Shown: positions 19,915-29,975 of the stretch, in pieces
How the letters are laid out: the number at the start of each line of letters is the position of its first letter
Position numbering within the stretch: the first letter of the stretch is position 1
Origin: Pseudomonadota bacterium
GTDB taxonomy: Bacteria > Campylobacterota > Campylobacteria > Campylobacterales > Sulfurimonadaceae
Length of the DNA stretch: 64,000 bases
Direction: 5' to 3'
Assembly (NCBI GenBank): GCA_043797085.1
Contig: JAZDQA010000013.1
Location: forward strand, 224,001 to 288,000
Translations under genes and position numbers: made by a program
The notes under the pieces: model-generated
Told to the model about the DNA's origin: nothing
What the model saw: only the letters and a program-made list of their open reading frames with translations
Databases searched by the model: none

Positions 19915-21084
19915 TCAACGCTCATGCAGTGATTCAGAGAACGTTTTCGTAACGGGTTTTGACAAATAGGTCAGGACACTGCGGTTGCCGGTGATAATAT
20001 CGACTTGGGCGCTCATTCCGGGGGCTATGTCTATTTTTTTACCGGATTTAGAGATGAGCTGTGTTTGATCCAGCGCGATTTGCACTCTAAAGTACTGCTT
20101 GTCTCCCTGTTGTGTTTTTTCGGTCAAAGTATCGGGGCTGATGTATTTTACTTTTCCGTGAAAAATTCCATAAATACTGTAATCGTACGCATCGAGTTTA
20201 ACGGCTGCTTTTTGCCCTTGTTTGATAAACGAGATATCCGACGGACTGAGTTTCGCTTCGATGATGAGCTCATCACCGGAAGGGACAAGCTCTAAGATCA
20301 CATCACCCGGTCGTACTCTTGCCCCTTGTGTCGTTAAAATAATATTTTTGACGATAGCATCCATTTGTGAAATAATCGTTGTTCGCTCCAAAGTAATAGA
20401 GCGGTCGGTTAGCTCTTGCTCTTTGGTGGAGAGCTCTTCTTCGGCTTTGGTCATTTCGGCTTGAGAGTCTTGGAAGTATTTATTTCTTTTGTTCGATATT
20501 TGCCCTTTTAAATCGGCGATTTGACGTTTTATACGGATAATCTCCGTCGCACCAATATCGCCGTTTTTTAGCAAAGGAAGATTGAGATCCAGCTCATCCT
20601 GCGCCAGTTTTAACGATTCTTCCAAAGCGGATATTTCATCATTGAGCGCTTGCTGGCGGCGATGAAATAAAGCGGTTTGATTATCAACAAACTCTGTATA
20701 GTTCTTTACCTGTTGGGAAAAAACCAGCGGCTTGCCGTACACTTCCGCTCTGAGACGAACCAAGGCTGCTTGAAGTGCGGCCACTTTAGCACGGCTGTCA
20801 TCATACGACGCTTGCGCTTGGGATTTTTCCAGAACGATGAGACGATCCCCTTTTTTAACATGCTGCCCTTCGTGAACGTAAATCTCTTCAACCACTCCGT
20901 CATTAGCCGATTGGATCTCTTGGGTTTTTGCTGTCGTTATGACTTGCCCTTGGGCGTGTGAAATTTGGTCGATTTGTGCATACGATGCCCATGCGAAAAA
21001 AGGGACTATCACTAGGAATAATGAGCCGAATACAACCACGAGAGGGTTTAGGCGTGTTATGTAGGGAAGAGTGTGTGATTTCAT
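19915..21084 (-). CDS. T1SS membrane fusion protein (HlyD family)
   Basis: N-terminal TM helix, coiled coil, motifs AYDYSIYG, ISPD, PGM, C-terminal ESLHER. Confidence 0.95.
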   Translation of the reverse strand: MKSHTLPYITRLNPLVVVFGSLFLVIVPFFAWASYAQIDQISHAQGQVITTAKTQEIQSANDGVVEEIYVHEGQHVKKGDRLIVLEKSQAQASYDDSRAKVAALQAALVRLRAEVYGKPLVFSQQVKNYTEFVDNQTALFHRRQQALNDEISALEESLKLAQDELDLNLPLLKNGDIGATEIIRIKRQIADLKGQISNKRNKYFQDSQAEMTKAEEELSTKEQELTDRSITLERTTIISQMDAIVKNIILTTQGARVRPGDVILELVPSGDELIIEAKLSPSDISFIKQGQKAAVKLDAYDYSIYGIFHGKVKYISPDTLTEKTQQGDKQYFRVQIALDQTQLISKSGKKIDIAPGMSAQVDIITGNRSVLTYLSKPVTKTFSESLHER

Positions 21085-23186
21085 TGTTTGCCCTGTGCGG
21101 TAGGTTTGAGTTGTTGCAACACTGCGTCGCGTGGTCCGTCCATCACGATTCCCTGCGGCGTCATGACGATAATACGGTTTACCAGTCCCAGCAATGCAGG
21201 TTTATGGGTCACTAAAATAAGGGTTTTATCCGCAGTGATTTGTTGATGCAGTGCCGTTAAAATATTTCGCTCTGTCCCCTCATCCATGTTGGCAGTGGGT
21301 TCATCCAATAGCCAAACATTGGGAGACGCTAATATCATTCTCGTGATCGCAATCATCTGTTTTTGACCGCCTGAAACACTTTCTCCCCCTTCGGGAACAG
21401 GAGTGTCTAACCCTTGGGGGAGTGAATTGATAAGATGGATTAATCCGGTTTTTCCGGCAGCTTCGATAATCTTATCATCATTGATCCCGACCAATCCCAG
21501 CAAAAGGTTATCGCGAAGGGTTCCTGAAAGGAGTTTGATGTTTTGAGGAAGATACCCGATGGTTTCATTGAGTCGATTGCGTGAGATATGCTGGATGTCG
21601 ATTCCGTTGATCAGTACGCTCCCCTCTTGAGGCATATAAAGCCCTGAGAGGATTTTTAACAGCGTTGATTTTCCTGAGCCAATGACTCCCAATATTGCGA
21701 CTCGCTCACCCTCTTTGATCGTCAAGTTGGCAACTTTTATGTTTGCCATATCTTTGCCATAGCCGAATTGAATGTTTTGGCACGAAAAGCTGGGGTTCAT
21801 ATTGACGGGACTCAAAGGGCGCTCAATCCCTTCGTTGTCGCTTTTGAGGGCATAGACGTTATCCAAATCTTTGACGGCAATTTTGGTTCGTCCCCACTGA
21901 ACGAGGAGGTTTGGCAACATCGCGATAGGGGATAACACACGTCCGGAGAGAATCGTAACGGCAATCAATCCCCCCATCGTCAGGGTATCGGTGGTACTTA
22001 CCAAATACGCCCCCGTACCCACCAATGCCATATAGCTGATTTGCTGTAAAAATGCCGCCATATAGTTGGAGAGTTCGCTGTAATGACGTATGGCTATATC
22101 ATCATGGATTGCATCTTCTGTGAGGGCATTCCATCGGCTTAAAATGCTCCATCCTGCACCGGTTGCTTTTATGTTTTCCGCATTTTCGACAGTTTCAACG
22201 AGCAATCCCAGTTTTTTATGGGACGCCATCGACGAGGTTTGAGAAAGTTTTTCGATTTTTTTACGAAAAAGAGTACCGGTAATGATCGAAACCACTAAAA
22301 AGATCAAGGCAATCAAGCCCATAGACCAGCCGGAAATCATCACAATAACCGCTAAAAAGATCATCGAAAAAGGAAAGTCGATAATCAAATATAAAGCAGC
22401 CGAGGAGATAAAACTGCGAACGGTACTGTAGCTTTGAAGCTGACCCGATAAGGTTCCGATACTTTTAGGAAGGGCATCGGAACGGATTTTTAAAAAGCGA
22501 TTAAAGATATCATGTGAATAGGCTACGTCCATATTTTTCGAAGCATGATCGAGAATCGTTGCACGGGAAAGTTTGAGTACCATTTCTAAAAAGATGGCAA
22601 TAAAGACTCCGATGCTCAAAGCAATCAACGTCGAAATTCCCTGTGTAGGAATAACGCGGTCGTACACTTGCATACTGTAAAAAGAGGTACCGAGTGCCAA
22701 GATGTTGATGCTCAAAGAGGCGATGGCGGCATGAATGAGTATCGGTTTTTGAGCGCGTGCCACTTCCATGAACATTTGGGTTGCCGATATTTTTTCAAGG
22801 CTGGAACGTTGCGATTTGATGGAGGTAAACAGTGTTTTTGCCGGAAAGTTTCTCTCGCGGCGAATTCCATTTACCCCGTCACTTTTCCATGACCCGTCGG
22901 CTTCGTGTTCGATGATGACCCGCATCCCCTCACCCGGTATTAATGCCAATATCGGCAATGCCTCATGGGACAATGTTTTTGTCCAAAAAGGTTTTTTGAG
23001 ATTAAACGTCTCAAAAAGCGTTTCGAAGAAAGCAAGAATCGATTTATCGTCGATGGTCACCAATCGCTTTTCTAACGTCACAACCTCATACGAGGATAGT
23101 CTCGATGATGCGAAATGGGGAAGCGAGCAGTGCCCAGTAAGCCATTGCATATCTTCTCTAGCTTTATCCAGATGGGTATAGATCAT
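21081..23186 (-). CDS. T1SS ABC transporter permease/ATPase (LapB/LssB-like)
   Basis: Motifs MQVYDRVIP, Walker A GVIGSGKST, SGGQKQ, LLDEPT. Confidence 0.95.
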   Translation of the reverse strand: MIYTHLDKAREDMQWLTGHCSLPHFASSRLSSYEVVTLEKRLVTIDDKSILAFFETLFETFNLKKPFWTKTLSHEALPILALIPGEGMRVIIEHEADGSWKSDGVNGIRRERNFPAKTLFTSIKSQRSSLEKISATQMFMEVARAQKPILIHAAIASLSINILALGTSFYSMQVYDRVIPTQGISTLIALSIGVFIAIFLEMVLKLSRATILDHASKNMDVAYSHDIFNRFLKIRSDALPKSIGTLSGQLQSYSTVRSFISSAALYLIIDFPFSMIFLAVIVMISGWSMGLIALIFLVVSIITGTLFRKKIEKLSQTSSMASHKKLGLLVETVENAENIKATGAGWSILSRWNALTEDAIHDDIAIRHYSELSNYMAAFLQQISYMALVGTGAYLVSTTDTLTMGGLIAVTILSGRVLSPIAMLPNLLVQWGRTKIAVKDLDNVYALKSDNEGIERPLSPVNMNPSFSCQNIQFGYGKDMANIKVANLTIKEGERVAILGVIGSGKSTLLKILSGLYMPQEGSVLINGIDIQHISRNRLNETIGYLPQNIKLLSGTLRDNLLLGLVGINDDKIIEAAGKTGLIHLINSLPQGLDTPVPEGGESVSGGQKQMIAITRMILASPNVWLLDEPTANMDEGTERNILTALHQQITADKTLILVTHKPALLGLVNRIIVMTPQGIVMDGPRDAVLQQLKPTAQGKQ

Positions 23187-24448
23187 TTCATTTCTCCGGA
23201 TTCAAGTTTTATTTCTCCATTTTTTAACGCCAAGCGATAGGCAGATGCCACCAGTGTCGCTTTAATATCTGCCAGAGTATTTTTGTTTTGTGTGAGTTCT
23301 CGTGATGAGTTTACCAGATCAAGCCATTGACGTTTACCCGCAATAAAAAGACGGGTATAGGAGTCCAATACGTTTTGAGAGGCTTCTATGGTCTTGTTCA
23401 TCCCATCGATACGATCCATCGAGGCATGATAATTATCGAAATCGAGCATCAAGGCATCGCTGAGCTCCCGTTCTTTGGTCAGCTTATCCGATTGGACTTG
23501 CAAAACCTTGGACTCGGCACTTTGGATACTCGACAATGCGGACAACCCTGCTCCCGGTGACATAGAGACAGCAACATAAAGTACATTATCGGTCGTAGCT
23601 TGATCGCTGTACATCGAGCCTCGCAGATGCTCTGCACGCAAAGAGACGTTGGGCCATATAACGGCTTCTGCTCTGGCTTTTTCTGCTTGGGCCGTTTTAA
23701 TTTGCTCACTGATTTTTTTGAGGGAGGGATGGGTTTTTATCATTTGATCCATCATTTGGTTAATAGAGGCTGTTTGTTTGATAATCTTAGTATTGCTAAA
23801 CTCAACGGCACACTCCATCTTGGAACCTATGAGCAGTTCCAGTTGAGAGCGTGCGGTATTACGTTTTGATCTGGCAACGGTCAAATCTGCACTGATTTGA
23901 GAGAGACGGGATTTGATAAGCTCACTGTCTGCAACCGATGAGACACCTGCTTCAATACGACGGTTTAACATTTGATCAAACACTTCAAGCTGTTTTTTTC
24001 CATCTTCCAGTGCAGCTATGCTTCCATCCGCTTGGACATAGTTTTGCAAAACACGCAAGAGGTTTTCCATCAACACATACGCACTTTCATCCAAAGCATA
24101 TTGGGATTCATTTTTACGAGATTGGGCAATATCAACCATAGCATCGAGCTTGCCTCCCGTCCACAATGGCTGATCGAGACGTATCGTCGTCCCTGTCCGT
24201 CCAGAACCTTGGGATACATCCACCGAAGGGGTAGGATAATAGTTCCACTTCGCCCCCTCTAACTGAGCATCGGCACCTTGGATGATGTAGCGTGAGGATT
24301 GGATACTGGGATAGGTTTTAAAACTGGCATTCATAAGTGTCTCGACACTGCTTATGCAGATATCGCTATTTCCGACACGGAGGGGAGTTTCTTGGGCATC
24401 ACAGAGCGTTGAAAAAAAGATTAGAAAAATTCCAATAGCATAATGCAT
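23183..24448 (-). CDS. T1SS outer-membrane channel (TolC/LapE family)
   Basis: Signal peptide; motifs QPLWTGG and FIAGKRQWLDLVN; overlaps the ABC gene start. Confidence 0.92.
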   Translation of the reverse strand: MHYAIGIFLIFFSTLCDAQETPLRVGNSDICISSVETLMNASFKTYPSIQSSRYIIQGADAQLEGAKWNYYPTPSVDVSQGSGRTGTTIRLDQPLWTGGKLDAMVDIAQSRKNESQYALDESAYVLMENLLRVLQNYVQADGSIAALEDGKKQLEVFDQMLNRRIEAGVSSVADSELIKSRLSQISADLTVARSKRNTARSQLELLIGSKMECAVEFSNTKIIKQTASINQMMDQMIKTHPSLKKISEQIKTAQAEKARAEAVIWPNVSLRAEHLRGSMYSDQATTDNVLYVAVSMSPGAGLSALSSIQSAESKVLQVQSDKLTKERELSDALMLDFDNYHASMDRIDGMNKTIEASQNVLDSYTRLFIAGKRQWLDLVNSSRELTQNKNTLADIKATLVASAYRLALKNGEIKLESGEMK

Positions 24449-24532
24449 ACATATAACCCTTTAAAAAAGCATATTGTACCGTAATGAGTAGACTCTTCCG
24501 AAAAGGAAGAGCTGTTAAAAAGAGAGGAGTAT

Positions 24533-27500
24533 TTAGATTACGGTATTAATACTATGCGTAAATGAGCTTACATCGCTACCATAGATACTTTGCAATGCTT
24601 GCGCATCATTACCTGGATTGTCGGTATAGGTGACAATCCAAGTTGCGCTAGGGGTATCAGTGATTGATGGATCGATACTAAGTGTTACATTATTGCCTAA
24701 TACCGAAACTGCTGTAGCTACAAATTTCAGCAAAGCTGCTCCGTCAGTAAGATCAGGAGTAAGCGTTCCATCGGTTACATAAAACATACTATTTGGGGCA
24801 TACATACCTTCATCTAATAATGAATTAAAAGTAATGTCAATCGTACCCGTACTGGTGTGACCTACCACATCTGCAACAGGAGCGGTAATCAATGGTGCTT
24901 TCGTTTCTACTATGTAGTTACCGGTACTACCGCCAACACCTGTATTCCCTGCCACATCGGTATACACACCTGCGAGCGTGATTGTATTTAACACATCTGC
25001 TGCTATTCCTGCAGTTGGGGCGAATGTTCCTGTATAGGTCACTCCGCCATCACCGCTAAAGAGGTTGTTAATTGTTCCGTTTGCACTAGATAAATTTAAA
25101 TCACTTCCATCAAACCCTAGAACCGCTTCGCTAAATGTGAAAGTAACGATGGGAGCGTCTCCCGCAGTGACTACTGCATCGTTCATTGAGATAACAACCG
25201 TAGGTGCTTTCATATCTACGGCTTGTATCGACTGAAGGGCTACGGTGCTTGGATTACCATAGAAATCTGTGACTGCACCCGCAGCGACATCGACCGTTAC
25301 ATTCCCTTTAACACCCGCAGTAGGAGTTATATCCAACGTGTAGACGGAAGTGCTGACTGTAGTCAGTGCACCTGCCGGAGTCCCCCCTACAATTGTAATA
25401 TCTTGGAGGGTAAAGTCTGTAACGGGTTCACTAAAAGTAAATGTATACGTCAAATTACCTCCGACGATGTTAGCAACAGCCGCCGCTTCATCGTCAGATA
25501 TAGCTATAGTCGGAGCACGAGTATCGACATAATACGTATAGGGAGTAGTTGTCGTACCGGCAAGACCATTGAGGTCATGATAATCACCAGCACCAACACT
25601 AAACACATTAGAGGTAAACTCTACGTTTGCACTTGCGGTAAAAGTTGCAGTCCAAACACGTGCATCAGCCGTAGATGCTAAAGCGCTTAGTGTTCCATTA
25701 TTGAAATGAACAAGAAGATCTCTAACCTCCTCAGAAAAAGTAATAGTCACTAAAGAGCTTTGACCAATGCTTAAGTTTGGATTGTTAAAAAATATTTGTG
25801 TTACAGTAGGAGGAGTAACATCAGGCTTGATATAGGTGAAAGACGTAGCATCATTCCCTGCTAAATCTTGAATAGCTGGTGTTAAATCTGTGGTTACGTC
25901 TTTGTACACAACCCGAACACTCTCAAGATTTGTAAAATCATCCGCTATAGCTTTTGGCATAATTAGCGTAACGGTATCACCTAACATGGAAACAGCTTGA
26001 ACAGGGATAAGATGTGTATTGATATAAACATCAAAGCCTCCCGGATCCGACATATTTACCGCTTCCAGCGATGAATTAAGCGTAAAGGAGATAGTTTTAT
26101 TAACGTAATCGTATATCCAATCATTGACCCCGTCAAATGTTGTATCCATGAGTAGCGGAGCTAACATATCTACTACCTGTACGGATGATGTGTCCGAAGC
26201 AATATTTCCAACATTACCCGCCACATCATGGTATACAGACGATAGTACGCCTATTGTCATATTTCCTTCGTAACCAACTTCTGGCGTTACGCCAAGTGTG
26301 TAAGTCATACCATCCGGACTAGCCGTAAATGTTTTAGCGGTTCCGTGCGTTACGACAATATCTCCTGCCGTAAAGTCTTTGACCACTTCATCAAATTTAA
26401 ACGTATAGAGGATATCGGCTCCATCCGCTTTTGACGTGGCATCACCATTGCTCCCATCCATGTTAGCGGTGACGTCTCCTTGATTGTTTGTAATCGTGAG
26501 TTTTGGTCCTGTAGTGTCAGTGGTAATTGCTTCGGTGTTGCTCGTTGCAATACTGACATTTCCTGCTGCATCACTCTGGCGCACTTGAATCGCACCAATC
26601 GAATACGCTGTATTATTGGAAAGGTTAAAAGTTGTTGCACTTCCACTTGTCCACGTACCCCCATCTAAACTGTATTCCCACGTAGCTCCCGCTTCTATTC
26701 CTGACACTGTCATAGCTGAGCTACTTGTAATGTTATCGGTATTGTCTAGGCCTGTATCGTTAGCAGGTAAAAGATCAAGCGTTAATGCAGTTGGGGCTAA
26801 CATATCGACAAGTTGTGATGAATTTGCGGCAAGGGATTGTGCGCTTCCTGTGCCAAGAGCTGCGCCTGCAGCCACACTCACGGCAACATTCCCTTCATAC
26901 CCGGCAGTTGGGGTTACCACCAACGCATAAGTAATACCGCTACCGCTAAATGCTCCTTTGCCTCCACCGGTTACGGTAATGTCATCTGCGGTAAATCCTG
27001 TAACGGTATCGCCAAACGTAAAGGTATATGCAATAGACCCTCCTGCAATATTTGCCGTAGTTGAGGGTTCATCATCGCTAATAGTTAGAGTGGGCGCTGG
27101 CGGTGGGGTAGTGGCAGTGTTAACCGTATAGTTTGCACTTTGAGCTGACGTGCCTGCATTTCCTGCGCCATCGATATAGGTGCTCGCTAAGTTAATAACA
27201 TTGGAAACATCTAATGAAATACCAGCCGTTGGCGTAAAGACAGCCGTCCACGTAATGCCGCCATCAGCACTGACAAAAGTACTAACCGTCCCATTTTGGA
27301 CCGTAATATCCGCATTACTAAATCCTGCTACCGCTTCAGAAAAAGTGATCGTGACGGTAGCCGTTTCTCCACTATTAAGTAAACTGTCTGAAAGCGCAAT
27401 TGTTGCAGTAGGTGAAGTGGTGTCAGCCACAACTGCATTTAAATGCGCTGTTGCCGCTACCTCTGTAACCAATGTAACACCTGTAGGTGTTAATGCCGTT

Positions 27501-28348
27501 TGTAATGCAGGATCAAGCGCTGTTTGAACATCAATAACGGTAGTAATCAATGCAGCAGTAGCTGGAGCGATAGTGATCCCATTAGCTGCATTGCCATCAC
27601 TATCAAGAGATTGCAAAAACTGGGCGATATTAACAACTTTTGTATCAGTAGTATTGGTTCGAAGTACACCCGCAATTTCCTGAATAGTGACAATATGATC
27701 CGCATTAATGTTAGCAGTATTAAACGTCCCGATCGTTGCCTGTCCTACTTTAAATGTTACTGTATCCCCTGCTTTATATGCGAACGATCCTAATGATCCA
27801 TCAGCGAGCGTAATACCTGTAACACCCGTAAGTCCACTGCTCGTCGTATACGATACCCCCTGAACCAAGCTGTCAACTAAATTTGCGGTTAATGTTGTGG
27901 CTGCTGGAACTGTTGTCGTGCTTCCGCCGCCACCTCCACCGCCAGCTGCAGCGGCAACTCCGCCCGCAACTGCGAGAATCCCTACACCCCACCATGCACT
28001 CGTCGACATAACAGGAGTAGGAGCTGCAACTGGGGCTACGCTCACTGCGCCAAGCTCCATTGCGCCTGCTTGAGTAGTACTGTAGTTGGCGAAGGCGCCG
28101 CTTGAGTCAATGCCTGAGATTTGAACGGTTTGGTCATACGAAGCATACTCATTCAAAATCACAGAAGGATCTGTTGCGCCGTCTGCAAAAATATGGAGAT
28201 CTTTATTGACCATTTTTGTTGTTATCTTTTTTGGTGGTTGTCCTGTTGAGGCATCGACCAAAACAATTCTATCGCCGCTCATAACCATTTGTTGCGTAAG
28301 CTGTGTCACGCCATCTATTTTTTTGCCAACCACCATTGTTTTCATCAT
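24533..28348 (-). CDS. Large Ig-like repeat surface protein/adhesin (1271 aa)
   Basis: Repeated TFTFSE/DxAGN units, motif FLQSLDSDGNAANGI, WWGVG...AAAAGGGGGGG N-terminal segment, two SwmB-like units; adjacent to tolC. Confidence 0.85.
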   Translation of the reverse strand: MMKTMVVGKKIDGVTQLTQQMVMSGDRIVLVDASTGQPPKKITTKMVNKDLHIFADGATDPSVILNEYASYDQTVQISGIDSSGAFANYSTTQAGAMELGAVSVAPVAAPTPVMSTSAWWGVGILAVAGGVAAAAGGGGGGGSTTTVPAATTLTANLVDSLVQGVSYTTSSGLTGVTGITLADGSLGSFAYKAGDTVTFKVGQATIGTFNTANINADHIVTIQEIAGVLRTNTTDTKVVNIAQFLQSLDSDGNAANGITIAPATAALITTVIDVQTALDPALQTALTPTGVTLVTEVAATAHLNAVVADTTSPTATIALSDSLLNSGETATVTITFSEAVAGFSNADITVQNGTVSTFVSADGGITWTAVFTPTAGISLDVSNVINLASTYIDGAGNAGTSAQSANYTVNTATTPPPAPTLTISDDEPSTTANIAGGSIAYTFTFGDTVTGFTADDITVTGGGKGAFSGSGITYALVVTPTAGYEGNVAVSVAAGAALGTGSAQSLAANSSQLVDMLAPTALTLDLLPANDTGLDNTDNITSSSAMTVSGIEAGATWEYSLDGGTWTSGSATTFNLSNNTAYSIGAIQVRQSDAAGNVSIATSNTEAITTDTTGPKLTITNNQGDVTANMDGSNGDATSKADGADILYTFKFDEVVKDFTAGDIVVTHGTAKTFTASPDGMTYTLGVTPEVGYEGNMTIGVLSSVYHDVAGNVGNIASDTSSVQVVDMLAPLLMDTTFDGVNDWIYDYVNKTISFTLNSSLEAVNMSDPGGFDVYINTHLIPVQAVSMLGDTVTLIMPKAIADDFTNLESVRVVYKDVTTDLTPAIQDLAGNDATSFTYIKPDVTPPTVTQIFFNNPNLSIGQSSLVTITFSEEVRDLLVHFNNGTLSALASTADARVWTATFTASANVEFTSNVFSVGAGDYHDLNGLAGTTTTPYTYYVDTRAPTIAISDDEAAAVANIVGGNLTYTFTFSEPVTDFTLQDITIVGGTPAGALTTVSTSVYTLDITPTAGVKGNVTVDVAAGAVTDFYGNPSTVALQSIQAVDMKAPTVVISMNDAVVTAGDAPIVTFTFSEAVLGFDGSDLNLSSANGTINNLFSGDGGVTYTGTFAPTAGIAADVLNTITLAGVYTDVAGNTGVGGSTGNYIVETKAPLITAPVADVVGHTSTGTIDITFNSLLDEGMYAPNSMFYVTDGTLTPDLTDGAALLKFVATAVSVLGNNVTLSIDPSITDTPSATWIVTYTDNPGNDAQALQSIYGSDVSSFTHSINTVI

Positions 28349-28497
28349 TTTAAAAACCTTTATAATACGAAATAATTATTTACTCTAGGATAAATCGAAA
28401 GAAAATCAAAACAGCATATCAATATTAGTATTATAATAATATTAAAACACTATTTAATATTTAAAATAGTTACAAATAGGAACAAGAAAAGGTTACT

Positions 28498-29025
28498 TTA
28501 CCGTTTGAGCAAAATATCTACACTCAAATCAACTTGATCGCGTACCGTTAGAAACATCATTGTGATCGGTTTGATTCCAAAATCGGTCATTTTTAGTGTA
28601 CTTGCGGTTTTAATGTGTACTTTCGAGCCTTCTTCGATAATTGTTCCATCAAAACTCAGCGGTTTAGTGACACCGTGCAAACTCATCGTCCCCTTGAGAG
28701 TATAAGCATTTCCCCCTTTGGCAATAACCTCTTTAACTGCAAAGACCGCTTTGGGAAAACTATCGGATTCGAGGGATTGCTGCATGTGTTCATCGCGCTT
28801 TTTATTATCACTGACAAGATCCCCCATCGAAACTTCAATCGTCCCTTTTAAGCTGGACGGATTTGTGTCCATGACTAAATGCGACGTTGCCCGCTTGGCG
28901 ATTGGGTCAATCGTGCTGTCTCCAAATACTTCCGTATGCGCTTTAATCACGCCGGAATCAAAACTCAAATTTCCTGCGAACATTGACGTCGCCAATATCA
29001 TGGCGAGTGAACTAACTTTTTTCAT
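28498..29025 (-). CDS. YceI family periplasmic protein
   Basis: Signal peptide; motifs NKKRDEHM, FPKAVF, GTMSLHGVTK, TDFGI. Confidence 0.92.
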   Translation of the reverse strand: MKKVSSLAMILATSMFAGNLSFDSGVIKAHTEVFGDSTIDPIAKRATSHLVMDTNPSSLKGTIEVSMGDLVSDNKKRDEHMQQSLESDSFPKAVFAVKEVIAKGGNAYTLKGTMSLHGVTKPLSFDGTIIEEGSKVHIKTASTLKMTDFGIKPITMMFLTVRDQVDLSVDILLKR

Positions 29026-29975
29026 ACAGTTCTCCTAAAATAAAATGGATAGATAAGGACAAAAATGCCCAAAAGAATGACAACAATCCAAAGTTCATGC
29101 GTCAAAGCGACTAAATTGGCTATCGACGATGCACCCCAGCCTACCCCTACCATAGTAATTCCAATCACTCGAACATCGCCCATCTGAGTCAACTCGCGGA
29201 ACAATAAAACATTATAATATGAAATAACAATCGGATAAATAATAGCGAGCAATACCGGCTGATGAGAGTAATAAGCAGCATAACTTAGGGCAAAAAGTCC
29301 CAATATTATCCCATTGCTTCGCATCAATGTTTTGCCATAACGAAACGCCAAATAAACTCCCAAGAGATGCGATATAACAATCAGTGCCATATAGTGCCGC
29401 CAAACATCCATCTCATCTGAGCGGTTCAAGGTTTCAAACAAAGCGGAATCTGCAAAAATCCACACCATCATCACTGCTATCACTTTAAAATTGAGGGGAG
29501 TATGGTGGCGATGTGAGCGCATAGGCAGGCTTGAAAAATACAGTGCTGCCATTGAAATACTGGGTAACATAATTGCTATGATTCCTCGCTGTTGGAACGG
29601 ATACGTATAGAGGGCTGTTCCTACCGCGTACGAGAGAGCAAGTCCCAGTGCCAGATTTTTTCGGCTTTGTTCACGAAAGACATAGAGCATCAAAGGGGTT
29701 GTGTAGCCCACGATAAAGCCCAATACCAATAAAAGTCCCAGTGAATAATCGGGATAAAACCACGAAAGAATAATCTGTGCGATAAACATAAAAAAAAGCT
29801 CTTGCTTAATCCCATGATGCTTCCAATACGCACTCACAATACTCCCAATCACCCCTCCAATAGGAAGCGTATAAAGATCGTGTATGTGAGAGTCAAACGC
29901 TCCCACGACTCCCGTTTGTGCAATCAGGAGATAATAAAGCAACTGAGAACTAAGAACAATGACGAGCATATTCAT
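29022..29975 (-). CDS. Hypothetical polytopic membrane protein
   Basis: About 10-12 hydrophobic segments in two halves; ATGA-coupled to both neighbours. Confidence 0.75.
   Translation of the reverse strand: MNMLVIVLSSQLLYYLLIAQTGVVGAFDSHIHDLYTLPIGGVIGSIVSAYWKHHGIKQELFFMFIAQIILSWFYPDYSLGLLLVLGFIVGYTTPLMLYVFREQSRKNLALGLALSYAVGTALYTYPFQQRGIIAIMLPSISMAALYFSSLPMRSHRHHTPLNFKVIAVMMVWIFADSALFETLNRSDEMDVWRHYMALIVISHLLGVYLAFRYGKTLMRSNGIILGLFALSYAAYYSHQPVLLAIIYPIVISYYNVLLFRELTQMGDVRVIGITMVGVGWGASSIANLVALTHELWIVVILLGIFVLIYPFYFRRTV

Noticed and set aside
24493..24511. CTCTTCC-gaaaa-GGAAGAG hairpin after the second adhesin as an intrinsic terminator
   Set aside because: The stem is real, but there is no U-tract on the minus strand, so its function is uncertain.
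12648..27793. Many plus-strand Val/Ala/Ser- or Cys-rich ORFs opposite the adhesins
   Set aside because: These are expected stop-poor antisense frames of Thr/Ala/Gly-rich genes.
28349..28497. Very AT-rich intergenic tract (also 56075-56150) as an origin or sRNA
   Set aside because: There are no DnaA-box clusters, iterons or stable structure; it is consistent with ordinary promoter DNA.
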